Origin: a bacterium
Lineage (GTDB): Bacteria; Bacillota_I; Bacilli_A; RFN20; CAG-826
Assembly: GCA_963605025.1 (NCBI GenBank)
Contig: CAVCSZ010000002.1
Span: forward strand, 16,996 to 80,995
Direction: 5' to 3'
Length of the DNA: 64,000 bases
Positions 17,218 to 27,077 of the stretch are shown here, piece by piece (the first letter of the stretch is position 1; each line of letters starts with the position of its first letter). The notes below the pieces were generated by a model, which saw only the letters and a list, made by a program, of their open reading frames with translations, was not told the DNA's origin and searched no databases. The position numbers and the translations under genes were made by a program.

Positions 17218-18741
17218 ATGAAAATTTTATATGTTTCTCCAGTTAGTGCTACATTTGAATTAGAAAATAATGATGTTTATTATGCACCAAAACCTTTTAA
17301 TGTTTATATAAACGGAAAAGAAATAATTAGTGATAACAAAACTAATTGTTTTTCCGTTTTTAATTTGTCTCCAGATACTGAATATCAAATTAATGTTAAT
17401 GAAAAAAGTTATACATTTAAAACTAAAAGCGTCAGTGAGATTAAAACTACAAAGGGTATTTGTAATAATGGAGAAGTTAATGTCACTAAAGAATTACAAG
17501 ATTTAATTGATTCTTGTAAAAAAGATTCTTTACTTGTTTTTGAAGAAGGAACTTATTTTATTACAAGTTTAAAATTTAAAAGTGATTTAACAATTTATTT
17601 AAAAAAAGGCGCTACTATCATTGGTAACACTAATCCTAAAGATTATGAATATATTCCTGCTAACGAATTTGTTAATGGAGAATTTAAAGAAAGAGGAATT
17701 TGGGAAGGTGCATCTTCTCCAATGATGTTATCAATTATTAATTTAATTGATTGTAAAAATACTTCAATTGTAGGAGAAGGTACAATTGATGGAAGAGCAC
17801 ATTTAGGTCCATGGTGGATTAATGTTAAAAATTTACCATATGTTAGACCACATTTAATATTTATTAATAATAGTGAAAATATTAATTTACAAGGTATTAA
17901 TGTTAAAAATTCACCTTCATGGACAATTCATCCATATTTTGTAAATAATTTAGGTGTTTATGATATTTATATTGAAAATCCTAAAGATAGTCCAAATACT
18001 GATGGTATCGACCCTCAATTTGTTAAAAACTGTGAAATTATAGGTGTTCATTTTTCTGTAGGTGATGATTGTGTTGCAATTAAATCTGGAAAAATTGATT
18101 TAGGTAGAAAATATAATAAAAAAAGTGAAAATATTGTTATTAGAAATTGTTGGATGCAATATGGACATGGTGCTGTTGTATTAGGTAGTGAAATTTCATG
18201 TGGATTATCAAATATGAAATGTGATAGATGCTTCTTTGATCATACTGATAGAGGTTTAAGAATTAAAGTCAGAAGAGGTAGAGGAGATATTTGTCAAATT
18301 GATAATGTAGAATTTGATAATATTAGAATGGATGGAGTTTTAACTCCAATTACTATGAATATGTTCTATTTCTGTGATCCTGATGGAAAAACTGAATATG
18401 TTTATACAAAAGAAAAATTACCAGTTGATAGTAGAACTCCTTATTTAGGTAAATTTACATTCTCTAATATTAAAGCTACAAATTGTGAATATGCTGCTGG
18501 ATATTTTTATGGATTACCTGAAAAATTTATTAAAGAAGTTAATGTTATTGATTCAATTTTTGAATTTAAAGATAACGCAGGTGAAGGTACTCCTGCAATG
18601 ATGTCTTTTGCAGAATCATGTTCTAAAAAAGGATTTGTTGCATATAATTTAGATACTTTAAATTTAAAAAATGTTACTTTAAAAGGAATAAATGGAGAAA
18701 GAGTAGAAGCTCACGAAGTTAAGAAGGTTAAAGATGAGTAA
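17218..18741 (+). CDS. Glycoside hydrolase family 28 (exo-polygalacturonase-like), cytoplasmic
   Basis: GH28 motifs NTDGIDP, GDDCVAIKSG, YGHGAV and RGLRIK. No signal peptide. Confidence 0.9.
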   Translation: MKILYVSPVSATFELENNDVYYAPKPFNVYINGKEIISDNKTNCFSVFNLSPDTEYQINVNEKSYTFKTKSVSEIKTTKGICNNGEVNVTKELQDLIDSCKKDSLLVFEEGTYFITSLKFKSDLTIYLKKGATIIGNTNPKDYEYIPANEFVNGEFKERGIWEGASSPMMLSIINLIDCKNTSIVGEGTIDGRAHLGPWWINVKNLPYVRPHLIFINNSENINLQGINVKNSPSWTIHPYFVNNLGVYDIYIENPKDSPNTDGIDPQFVKNCEIIGVHFSVGDDCVAIKSGKIDLGRKYNKKSENIVIRNCWMQYGHGAVVLGSEISCGLSNMKCDRCFFDHTDRGLRIKVRRGRGDICQIDNVEFDNIRMDGVLTPITMNMFYFCDPDGKTEYVYTKEKLPVDSRTPYLGKFTFSNIKATNCEYAAGYFYGLPEKFIKEVNVIDSIFEFKDNAGEGTPAMMSFAESCSKKGFVAYNLDTLNLKNVTLKGINGERVEAHEVKKVKDE

Positions 18742-19327
18742 TTTAGTAAAATCTTATTTAATAATAGATAACGATTTTGACAATTTAGAATTGTTAAAAA
18801 AATATATCTTTTTAATTATTAAAAAGGATTTTAGTATGACTTTATCTAAAAAAGGTATTATTAAACTTGGTGAATTAGAAAAAGAAAGTTTTATAAAATT
18901 ATGCTTATCAATTAACACTATTAAAACTGATTTAGAATTAAAACAATTAGCAATTATAGACACTCCATTTTATAAAGATTCATTAGATTTAGTTTTAAAA
19001 TCAAATAAATCTGGTCATTTATCACTTTATGAAATTTTATTAGATCAATATAAAGGAAATGGAGTTAATTTAAAATTTATTAAAGATGTTTTTAAAGATG
19101 TAGATGATTATATATTTGAAACTGCTAAAACATATATAGATTTAGAAGAATCTGTACATTACACAAGTCAATATTTATTCACTCATCGAAATACAATTAA
19201 TTATAGAATTACAAGATTTTCTGAATTAAGTGGAATAAACTTAAAAAATGGTCAAAATATTTTATTAACTAGATTCTTAATTTATTTATATGAAAAAAAT
19301 AAACTAGGAGAAGATTATGATTTATGA
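18734..19327 (+). CDS. PucR/CdaR-like HTH transcriptional regulator (short form)
   Basis: C-terminal HTH LFTHRNTINYRITRFSELSGINL, typical of the PucR C-terminal domain; 197 aa. Confidence 0.6.
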   Translation: MSNLVKSYLIIDNDFDNLELLKKYIFLIIKKDFSMTLSKKGIIKLGELEKESFIKLCLSINTIKTDLELKQLAIIDTPFYKDSLDLVLKSNKSGHLSLYEILLDQYKGNGVNLKFIKDVFKDVDDYIFETAKTYIDLEESVHYTSQYLFTHRNTINYRITRFSELSGINLKNGQNILLTRFLIYLYEKNKLGEDYDL

Positions 19328-19967
19328 AACATTATTAGATGAAATAATAAATTGTAAAATTATACCTGGTAGTAAAATAACTGAAGAAGAGTTGGTTAAT
19401 AGGTTTTCTTTATCTAGAACTCCAGTTAGAAGTGCAATTACACAATTATCTAAAGATGGACTAGTAGAAGTTAAACCTAAAAAGGGAACATTTGTTACTA
19501 AAATAGATTTAAAAGATATTTCAAATGCTTTAAGTATAAGAATTGCTATTGAAGAAAAAGTTTATTATAAAATTAGTGGTAAACTAAATAAAGAAGATAT
19601 AGATTTATTAAATAAAATATTAGAAAATCAAAAAGAAATATTTAATTTAGATAAACCAATTGAAAAATCTAGAAAATTATATGAAATAGATAATTTATTT
19701 CATCGAACTTTGTTTAAAATAGCAAATCAAGAAGAAGTATGGGATTACGCTAATAAATTATTAATTCCATTAAATAGATTTAGAATTATGTCTAATTTAA
19801 GAGATGATAAAGACTTAGATGAAATTTATAATTATCATTTAAACATATTAAATTCATTAATAAATAATGATGTAAATAAAGCTATTTCTTTATTTGAAGA
19901 ACATTTAGATTTAGGTTTTGAAGGTATGGATAATGTTAAAAATAAATATCCAAACTATTTTAAATAA
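19317..19967 (+). CDS. GntR-family (FadR/FCD-type) transcriptional regulator
   Basis: N-terminal wHTH EEELVNRFSLSRTPVRSAITQLSKDGLVEVKPKKGTFV followed by a helical C-terminal domain. Confidence 0.85.
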   Translation: MIYETLLDEIINCKIIPGSKITEEELVNRFSLSRTPVRSAITQLSKDGLVEVKPKKGTFVTKIDLKDISNALSIRIAIEEKVYYKISGKLNKEDIDLLNKILENQKEIFNLDKPIEKSRKLYEIDNLFHRTLFKIANQEEVWDYANKLLIPLNRFRIMSNLRDDKDLDEIYNYHLNILNSLINNDVNKAISLFEEHLDLGFEGMDNVKNKYPNYFK

Positions 19968-19980
19968 AAAAGGAGAAATT

Positions 19981-21063
19981 ATGGTAGAAGAATTTGTAAA
20001 ACAATATTTTAAGGAATTTGTACCTTATAAAGCAAAAAGATGGTGTTATGAAGATGGTATTTTACTTAAAGCATCTTTAGATATGTTTAAAGCTACAAAT
20101 GATGATTATTATAAAGATTTTATTTTAAATTATTTAGATAAATTTATTGATGATGATGGAAATGCTCTTGGATATCCTAAGAGTGATTATTCTACTGATG
20201 ATTGTCAAGCAGCATTTGTACTTCCATGGGCATATGATTTAACTCATAAAGAAAAATTTAAAAAAGCAATTGATATATTTTATTCTCAATTAGAAGAACA
20301 ACCACGTTGTAAATGTGGAAATTTCTTCCATAAAGCTAGATATCCTTATCAAGTTTGGATGGATGGATTATATATGGCTCAACCTTTCTATATTATTGAA
20401 GGTTTAAAAAGAGGAAATGATAAAGTTATTGAAGATACATTATCTCAATTTAATAATGTAAGAAAATATCTTTATGATGAGAAACGTCATTTATATGTAC
20501 ATGCTTATGATGAACAAAAAATCATGCAATGGGCTAATAAAGTAGATGGAAAAAGTGAAAATTCTTGGAGTAGAGCTTGTGGATGGTGCTTAATGGCACT
20601 TGTAGATATTATTGAAATTTTAGGAAAAGATCATAAAGCTAGTATCGAATTAGCAAAGATGTATAAAGAAATGGTAGATGGATTAATTCCTTATTTAGAT
20701 AAGGAATACACTATGCTTTATCAAGTTATTGATCATCCAGAAGATGAAGGTAATTATTTAGAAACTAGTGGAAGTTCAATGATGGCTTATTCATTAATTA
20801 AAGCAAATAGATTACATTTAGTTGATGATGGTTATAAAATATTAGGGAACACTATGTTTAATAATATTGCTAGAAAATATCTTAAAGAAGATTCACCAAA
20901 TCATTATTCATTAGGAGGCATTTGCCAAGTTGCAGGACTTGATAATGAAAAGAGAAATGGTTCTAGAGAATATTACTATAGTGAAAAAATAAGCGAAAAT
21001 GAAGTAAAAGGTTGTGCTCCATTTATCATGCTTTATTCAGAATTTTTAAAGGAAGGAAAATAA
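19981..21063 (+). CDS. Unsaturated rhamnogalacturonyl/glucuronyl hydrolase (GH105, YteR-like)
   Basis: GH105-like blocks WMDGLYMAQPF and WSRACGW. The ATG at 19981 is preceded by AAAGGAG. The track start at 19918 lacks an RBS. Confidence 0.85.
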   Translation: MVEEFVKQYFKEFVPYKAKRWCYEDGILLKASLDMFKATNDDYYKDFILNYLDKFIDDDGNALGYPKSDYSTDDCQAAFVLPWAYDLTHKEKFKKAIDIFYSQLEEQPRCKCGNFFHKARYPYQVWMDGLYMAQPFYIIEGLKRGNDKVIEDTLSQFNNVRKYLYDEKRHLYVHAYDEQKIMQWANKVDGKSENSWSRACGWCLMALVDIIEILGKDHKASIELAKMYKEMVDGLIPYLDKEYTMLYQVIDHPEDEGNYLETSGSSMMAYSLIKANRLHLVDDGYKILGNTMFNNIARKYLKEDSPNHYSLGGICQVAGLDNEKRNGSREYYYSEKISENEVKGCAPFIMLYSEFLKEGK

Positions 21064-21064
21064 A

Positions 21065-22477
21065 ATGAAAGAATTTTTAGGAAAAGATTTTTTATTAGAA
21101 ACTGAAACTGCTAAGACTTTATATCATAATTATGCAGAACATATGCCTATTTATGATTATCATTGTCATTTACCAATTAAAGAAATTTATGAAGATCGTA
21201 AATTTGAAAGTGCTACAGATATTTGGTTAGTAGAAGGACATTTTGGAGATCATTATAAATGGAGAGCAATGCGTAATAATGGTGTAAGTGAAAAATACAT
21301 TACTGGAGACGCATCTAAAAAAGAAAAATTCTTAAAATGGGCTGAAACAATTCCTTATACAGTAGGAAATCCTTTATATCACTGGACTCATTTAGAATTA
21401 AATAATTATTTTGGTATTAAAGATACTTTCTCACCTAAAACAGCAGATAAAATTTATGATACAATGAATGAAAAATTAAAAAATATGTCTGCTAGATCAA
21501 TTATTTCAATGAGTAATGTTGATACATTATGTACTACAGATGATCCTATTGATGATTTACATTATCATGCATTATTAAAAGAAGATAAATCATTTAAAAC
21601 ACATGTTTATCCTGCTTTTAGACCTGATAAAGTTATTAATATTGATTGGAATTCATTTGTTCCTTATATTAAAGATTTAAGTAAAGTTGTAGGTTATGAA
21701 ATTAATGGATTAGAAACTTTAGAAAAAGCATTAAAAGAAAGAATTGAATATTTCCATAATCATGATTGTAGAGTTTCTGATCATGCATTAGATGTTGTAG
21801 TTTATGAAGAAACAACACCTGAAAAAGTTGATTCTATTATTAAAAAAGCATTAAAAGGTGAAACTTTAACAAGTAGTGAAGCTGCTCAATATAGAGGATA
21901 TATTATTTGCTTCTTAGGAAGAGAATATTCTCATCATGGATGGGTTCAACAATATCATATTAAAGCTTTAAGAAATAATTCAGGTAGAATGATGGAAAAA
22001 GTAGGTCCTGATACTGGATTTGATTCTATTAATGATGGTAATTTTGCACCAGCTTTATCTAAAATTTTAAATAAATTAGATTCTACTGATGAATTACCAA
22101 AAACTATTTTATATTCATTAAATCCTGGAGATAATGAAGTATTAGCAACTTTAGCATTCTGCTTTACTCAAGAAGGTGTACCTGGAAAAATGCAACTTGG
22201 ATCAGCTTGGTGGTTCTTAGATCAAAAAGATGGTATGGAAAAACAATTAACAGCTTTATCAAATTTAGGTTTATTATCTAGATTTGTTGGTATGTTAACT
22301 GATTCAAGAAGTTTCTTATCTTATACAAGACATGAATATTTCAGAAGAATTTTATGTAATAAATTAGGACATTTAGTAGAAAATGGTGAATATCCTAACG
22401 ATATTGAATTCTTAGGAAAAGTAGTAGAAGATATTTGCTTTAATAACGCTAAAGCATATTTCGATTCATCAAGATAA
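21065..22477 (+). CDS. uxaC: Uronate (glucuronate/galacturonate) isomerase
   Basis: 470 aa. N-terminal YDYHCHLP metal motif. Length and pattern are typical of UxaC. Confidence 0.9.
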   Translation: MKEFLGKDFLLETETAKTLYHNYAEHMPIYDYHCHLPIKEIYEDRKFESATDIWLVEGHFGDHYKWRAMRNNGVSEKYITGDASKKEKFLKWAETIPYTVGNPLYHWTHLELNNYFGIKDTFSPKTADKIYDTMNEKLKNMSARSIISMSNVDTLCTTDDPIDDLHYHALLKEDKSFKTHVYPAFRPDKVINIDWNSFVPYIKDLSKVVGYEINGLETLEKALKERIEYFHNHDCRVSDHALDVVVYEETTPEKVDSIIKKALKGETLTSSEAAQYRGYIICFLGREYSHHGWVQQYHIKALRNNSGRMMEKVGPDTGFDSINDGNFAPALSKILNKLDSTDELPKTILYSLNPGDNEVLATLAFCFTQEGVPGKMQLGSAWWFLDQKDGMEKQLTALSNLGLLSRFVGMLTDSRSFLSYTRHEYFRRILCNKLGHLVENGEYPNDIEFLGKVVEDICFNNAKAYFDSSR

Positions 22478-23145
22478 TGAATAAAATATATTTAATTGGG
22501 GATTCTACTTGTCAAAGAAATTTTGATGATACTTATCCTCAAATGGGATGGGGTCAATTATTTAATGAATATATTAACCCTAAATATAAAGTCATTGATT
22601 TAGCAAAAAATGGAAGATCTTCAAAAAGTTTCTATGATGAAGGTTTATTTAAATATTGTGAAGACACAATTGAAAAAGGAGATTATCTTTTTATTCAATT
22701 TGGTCATAATGATGAAAAAGAAGATGTAGAAAGACACACTGATCCTTTTACTACATATCAAAAACAACTTTCATATTATATTGATTATGCTTTAAATAAA
22801 GGCGCTATACCTATATTAGTATCTTCAATTTATCGTAGAAAATTTATTAATGAAAATACTTTAGATCCTGTATGTCATTATGATTACCCTAAAGCAATGG
22901 AAGATTTAGCAAAAAAGAAAAATATTATTTATATTGATATGACTTCTATTTCTAAAAAAGCTTTAGAAGAAATCGGTGAAAAAGAATCTAGAAATTATTT
23001 TATGAATTTTGATGCTGGTATATATCCAAATTATCCAGAAGGAAAAGAAGATAATACCCATTTAAGAGAAAAAGGTGCTAGATTAATTTGTGAATTATTA
23101 GTAAAAGAAATTGCTAATATAGAATCATTAAAAGAATTATTATAA
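22477..23145 (+). CDS. SGNH/GDSL hydrolase (CE12 rhamnogalacturonan acetylesterase-like)
   Basis: Block I LIGDSTCQ and block III FGHND. No signal peptide. The start overlaps the uxaC stop by 1 nt. Confidence 0.8.
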   Translation: MNKIYLIGDSTCQRNFDDTYPQMGWGQLFNEYINPKYKVIDLAKNGRSSKSFYDEGLFKYCEDTIEKGDYLFIQFGHNDEKEDVERHTDPFTTYQKQLSYYIDYALNKGAIPILVSSIYRRKFINENTLDPVCHYDYPKAMEDLAKKKNIIYIDMTSISKKALEEIGEKESRNYFMNFDAGIYPNYPEGKEDNTHLREKGARLICELLVKEIANIESLKELL

Positions 23146-23146
23146 T

Positions 23147-23175
23147 AAAAATCGCTTCGTAGTGAAGCGATTTTT
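23147..23175. terminator. Bidirectional intrinsic terminator between convergent genes
   Basis: Stem ATCGCTTC / GAAGCGAT flanked by an A-run and a T-run. Confidence 0.75.
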
Positions 23176-23178
23176 AAT

Positions 23179-24078
23179 TTACTTATCATTAATAATATGA
23201 GTCCAAGAAGGCCTATTAATTTCATTATTTATTGAACCTTCTCCTTTTGAATTTATTTCATAAAATCTAGCATTTAAATGCCTATCTGTACCTTCCCATA
23301 TTGAAAAGCCTTCTTTTTTAATATGTTTATTTAAATTACAATCAATAAATCTTACTAATCCATACTCTCTCCAAGGTCTTGCTAAGAAAGTATTTTCACT
23401 AACGTTATTATCTTCACTATAAATATTACAATTAATAAAATTAAAACCATGTTCATTTTCTTTATCGTGATCTGGAGCTGCTATATAAGTTATTCTTTCA
23501 GTTTTTTTAGTAACAATATTACAATTAATAAAATCTGCACTTGCTCCTCCAAAGATAAAATCTACAGTTCCTTTTATAGTACAATTATAAAAATATTGAT
23601 GAAATTCACCATTATGTATTCTTTCATCACTTGGTAATAAATCAATATATCTTTCTATTAAATCTGGAGAAAATGGTCCACAAAATAAAGTATCTTGATA
23701 TGCATCTAATGTACAATTTATTAAAGTAATATTATCATTATATAAATGTAATGCAACAGCTTGTCCAATTTCTTTACCTTCTCCAATAGAGTTTTTAATA
23801 GTTAAATTTTTTAAAATAACATTTTTAGATTTTACTAAACAAGTATAAGTTCTAAAAGTAACGTATTCTCTTCCGTCTTCGTGAATTTTATTAGCGTAAT
23901 CATTATATTCAATTACTGCTTTATTATTACCATCAATTATTATATTTTCTTTATTAATTATTACTTTTTCAAAATATAAATCATCATCTAAAATGATATA
24001 AGTAGGATTAGAAATATTTTCTAAACATTCATTAATTGTTTTATATTCTGAATTTTTACCAACGTGAACAACCTTCAT
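23179..24078 (-). CDS. Pectinesterase (CE8), cytoplasmic
   Basis: CE8 motifs QAVAL, YQDTL, DFIFG and LARPW. No signal peptide. Confidence 0.9.
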   Translation of the reverse strand: MKVVHVGKNSEYKTINECLENISNPTYIILDDDLYFEKVIINKENIIIDGNNKAVIEYNDYANKIHEDGREYVTFRTYTCLVKSKNVILKNLTIKNSIGEGKEIGQAVALHLYNDNITLINCTLDAYQDTLFCGPFSPDLIERYIDLLPSDERIHNGEFHQYFYNCTIKGTVDFIFGGASADFINCNIVTKKTERITYIAAPDHDKENEHGFNFINCNIYSEDNNVSENTFLARPWREYGLVRFIDCNLNKHIKKEGFSIWEGTDRHLNARFYEINSKGEGSINNEINRPSWTHIINDK

Positions 24079-24159
24079 ATTAAATATTATAAACTATTTT
24101 AAAAAGTTTATTGATTTATTTTTATTTATGATATAATTAAAACATTAGGGGGTCATAAT

Positions 24160-24435
24160 ATGACAAAATCAGAATTAGTTGCAAAAATTGCAGAAAACAA
24201 AGGCGCATCAAAAAAAGAAGCTGAAGAATGTTTAGAATCAGTATTTGCTGTTGTTAGTGAATGCTTATTAAAAGGTGAAGAAGTTTCTGTTCCAGGATTT
24301 GGAACTTTCAAAGTAAAAGTATCAAGTGAAAGAGATGGTATCAACCCACTTACAAAACAAAAAATTCACATTGCTGCTAAGAAAAATGTTGCTTTCAAAG
24401 CTAGTAAAGCTTTAAAAGACGAATTAAATAAATAG
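24160..24435 (+). CDS. hup: HU-family DNA-binding protein
   Basis: 91 aa. MTKSELVAKIAE... and GFGTFKV...NPLTKQKI beta-arm pattern. RBS GGGGG. Confidence 0.95.
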   Translation: MTKSELVAKIAENKGASKKEAEECLESVFAVVSECLLKGEEVSVPGFGTFKVKVSSERDGINPLTKQKIHIAAKKNVAFKASKALKDELNK

Positions 24436-24446
24436 TTAATTTAATA

Positions 24447-24480
24447 AATACCGCACTAATTCTAGTGTGGTATTTATTTT
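24447..24480 (+). terminator. Intrinsic terminator
   Basis: 12-bp stem AATACCGCACTA / TAGTGTGGTATT (one G-U pair), then a T-rich tract. Confidence 0.8.
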
Positions 24481-24513
24481 TTTAACACAAAAAAATATTA
24501 TTTTAAGTTGTTA

Positions 24514-24526
24514 TTGTATACAACAA
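24514..24526. promoter_or_regulatory. Candidate operator TTGTATACAACAA (perfect palindrome TTGTATACAA)
   Basis: Shares the 12-mer TGTATACAACAA with 8343-8354. It lies in the promoter region, with TATAAT boxes at 24540-24550. Confidence 0.35.
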
Positions 24527-24576
24527 TTATTAAATTTTATATAATATAATAGATTAATAATCGGAGGTTTATATAA

Positions 24577-25200
24577 ATGAATTTATTAGATCAAGTTCAT
24601 GAAATTGGCTTAGTACCAGTTGTCGTATTAAATAATGTAGAAGACACTGTTCCTACTTTAAATGCATTAAGAGATGGAGATGTTCCTGTTGCAGAAATTT
24701 GTTTCAGAACTCCATGTGCTGCTGAATGTATTAAAGTTGCAAGTGAAAAATGTAAAGATGTTTTAGTTGGTGCAGGAACTGTTATCAACGCAAATCAATG
24801 TGAAGAAGCAATCCATTGTGGTGCTAAATTCATCGTTTCTCCAGGTTTATCTGAAGAAGTAGCATTAGTTTGTAAAGCACACAATGTTCCTTATCTTCCA
24901 GGTGTTGTTACTCCAACTGAAATTATGAAAGCAATTTCATTAGGAATTACAACTGTTAAATTCTTCCCAGCAGGAGTATTTGGTGGATTAAAAGCAATCG
25001 ATGCTTTAGGAAGTGCATTTACTACAGTTAAATTTATGCCTACAGGTGGAGTCAGTAACAGCAATTTATCAGAATTCGTTAAAAATAAGAAAATTGTTGC
25101 ATGTGGCGGAAGCTGGTTAGTTAAAGGCAGTGCAGAAGATATTAAAAAAGTTTGCTTAGAAGCAAGAAGTATTATTAAGGAGACAAGAAAAAATGGCTAA
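24577..25200 (+). CDS. kdgA: 2-dehydro-3-deoxyphosphogluconate (KDPG) aldolase
   Basis: 207 aa with a KDPG/KHG aldolase pattern (GAGTVIN, VKFFPA). RBS GGAGG. Confidence 0.9.
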   Translation: MNLLDQVHEIGLVPVVVLNNVEDTVPTLNALRDGDVPVAEICFRTPCAAECIKVASEKCKDVLVGAGTVINANQCEEAIHCGAKFIVSPGLSEEVALVCKAHNVPYLPGVVTPTEIMKAISLGITTVKFFPAGVFGGLKAIDALGSAFTTVKFMPTGGVSNSNLSEFVKNKKIVACGGSWLVKGSAEDIKKVCLEARSIIKETRKNG

Positions 25201-26218
25201 AGTAGTTACTATGGGTGAAATAATGTTAAGATTATCTTCACCATTAAATTCAAGATTTGTTCAATCACAAGTATTTGACGTAAATTATGGCGGAGGAGAA
25301 GCAAATGTTGCTGTTTCTTTAGCAAATTATGGACATGAAGCATATTTCGTTTCAAAAGTTCCAAGTCATGAAATCGGAGATTGTGCAGTTAACGCATTAA
25401 GAAAATTTGGTGTTCACACAGACTTTGTTGCAAGAGGTGGAGAAAGATTAGGTATTTACTATCTTGAAACAGGTGCTTCAATGAGAGCTTCAAAAGTTAT
25501 TTATGATAGAAAAAATTCATCAATTGCAGAAGCAAGTGTTTCTGATTTTGATTTTGATAAAATTTTTGAAGGTGCTACTTGGTTCCATTGGAGTGGAATT
25601 ACTCCAGCTATTTCAGACAAGAGTGCTGAAATCTTAAAAGCTGCTTTAATTGCTGCTAAAAAACACAATGTTACAGTTTCATGTGACTTAAATTTCAGAA
25701 AGAAATTATGGTCAAGTGAAAAAGCTATTTCTATCATGAAACCATTAATGCAATATGTTGATGTTTGTATTGGTAATGAAGAAGACGCTCAATTATGTTT
25801 AGGATTTAAACCAGATGCTGATGTTACAGGTGGTAAAACAGATGCTGCTGGATATCATGCAATTTTTGAACAAATGGCAAAAGAATTTGGATTTAAATAT
25901 GTTGTTTCAACATTAAGAGAATCATATAGTGCTACACACAATGGATGGAAAGCTTTAATTTATAATGGAAAAGATTTCTATGAATCAAAACATTATGACA
26001 TTAACCCTATTATTGATAGAGTTGGTGGAGGCGATTCATTTGCTGGTGGTTTAATCCATGGTTTAATTAAATTTGAAGGTGATCAAGGTAAAGCATTAGA
26101 ATTTGCTGTTGCTGCTAGTGCATTAAAACATACAATTCCTGGTGATTTCAACTGTGTAAGTGAAAGCGAAGTCTTAGCACTTATGGGTGGAGATGCTTCA
26201 GGTAGAGTTCAAAGATAG
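25193..26218 (+). CDS. kdgK: 2-dehydro-3-deoxygluconokinase
   Basis: PfkB family: NYGGGEANVA and DRVGGGDSFAGG. Overlaps kdgA by 8 nt. Confidence 0.9.
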   Translation: MAKVVTMGEIMLRLSSPLNSRFVQSQVFDVNYGGGEANVAVSLANYGHEAYFVSKVPSHEIGDCAVNALRKFGVHTDFVARGGERLGIYYLETGASMRASKVIYDRKNSSIAEASVSDFDFDKIFEGATWFHWSGITPAISDKSAEILKAALIAAKKHNVTVSCDLNFRKKLWSSEKAISIMKPLMQYVDVCIGNEEDAQLCLGFKPDADVTGGKTDAAGYHAIFEQMAKEFGFKYVVSTLRESYSATHNGWKALIYNGKDFYESKHYDINPIIDRVGGGDSFAGGLIHGLIKFEGDQGKALEFAVAASALKHTIPGDFNCVSESEVLALMGGDASGRVQR

Positions 26219-26227
26219 GTTATAGTG

Positions 26228-27067
26228 ATGAAAGAATTAGATATTAGATATGTAAGTCATCCAAATGATTCAAAACACTATACAACTGAAGAATTAAGAA
26301 AAAATTATTTAATTGAAAATGTATTTGTTAAGGATGAAATTTCTTTAACATATTCATATCAAGATAGAATGATTGCAGGTGGTGTATATCCTGTAACAAA
26401 AGCTTTAAAATTAGAAGCTGGTGATGCATTAAGAGCTAATTATTTCTTAGAAAGAAGAGAAATGGGTGTATTCAACATTGCTGGAAAAGGTATTGTTACT
26501 TTAGATGGTGTTGCATATGAATTAGATAAAACTGATTGTATTTATATTGGAATGGGAGTTAAAGAAGTTATTTTCTCTTCTTTAGATCCTAAAAATCCTG
26601 CTAAATTCTATATGTGTTCATGCCCTGCTCAAAAAGCATATCCTACAAAATTATTAAAAATGGAAAATGCTGTTAAGAGAAATGTTGGTGATCAAGAACA
26701 TTTAAATGAAAGAACAATTAATCAATTTATTCATGGAGATGTTTTAGATACTGCTCAATTATCAATGGGTTTAACAGTTTTACATCCAGGAAATGCTTGG
26801 AATACAATGCCTGCACATACTCATGAAAGAAGAATGGAAGTCTATTTCTATTTTGAATTAGGTGAAGATGATGTAGTATTCCATTTAATGGGACAACCAC
26901 AAGAAATTAGAACTATTGTTATGAAAAATGAACAAGCAGTTATTTCTCCATCATGGTCAATTCACTCAGGTTTTGCTACAAAGAGTTACGCATTTATTTG
27001 GGGAATGTGTGGAGAAAATAAAACATACGATGATATGGATGTAATTAAATCAACAGATTTAAAATAG
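26228..27067 (+). CDS. kduI: 5-dehydro-4-deoxy-D-glucuronate isomerase
   Basis: Cupin metal site HTHERRMEVYFYF; about 279 aa. I prefer the ATG at 26228 to the GTG at 26225. Confidence 0.9.
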   Translation: MKELDIRYVSHPNDSKHYTTEELRKNYLIENVFVKDEISLTYSYQDRMIAGGVYPVTKALKLEAGDALRANYFLERREMGVFNIAGKGIVTLDGVAYELDKTDCIYIGMGVKEVIFSSLDPKNPAKFYMCSCPAQKAYPTKLLKMENAVKRNVGDQEHLNERTINQFIHGDVLDTAQLSMGLTVLHPGNAWNTMPAHTHERRMEVYFYFELGEDDVVFHLMGQPQEIRTIVMKNEQAVISPSWSIHSGFATKSYAFIWGMCGENKTYDDMDVIKSTDLK

Positions 27068-27077
27068 GAGAATAAAT

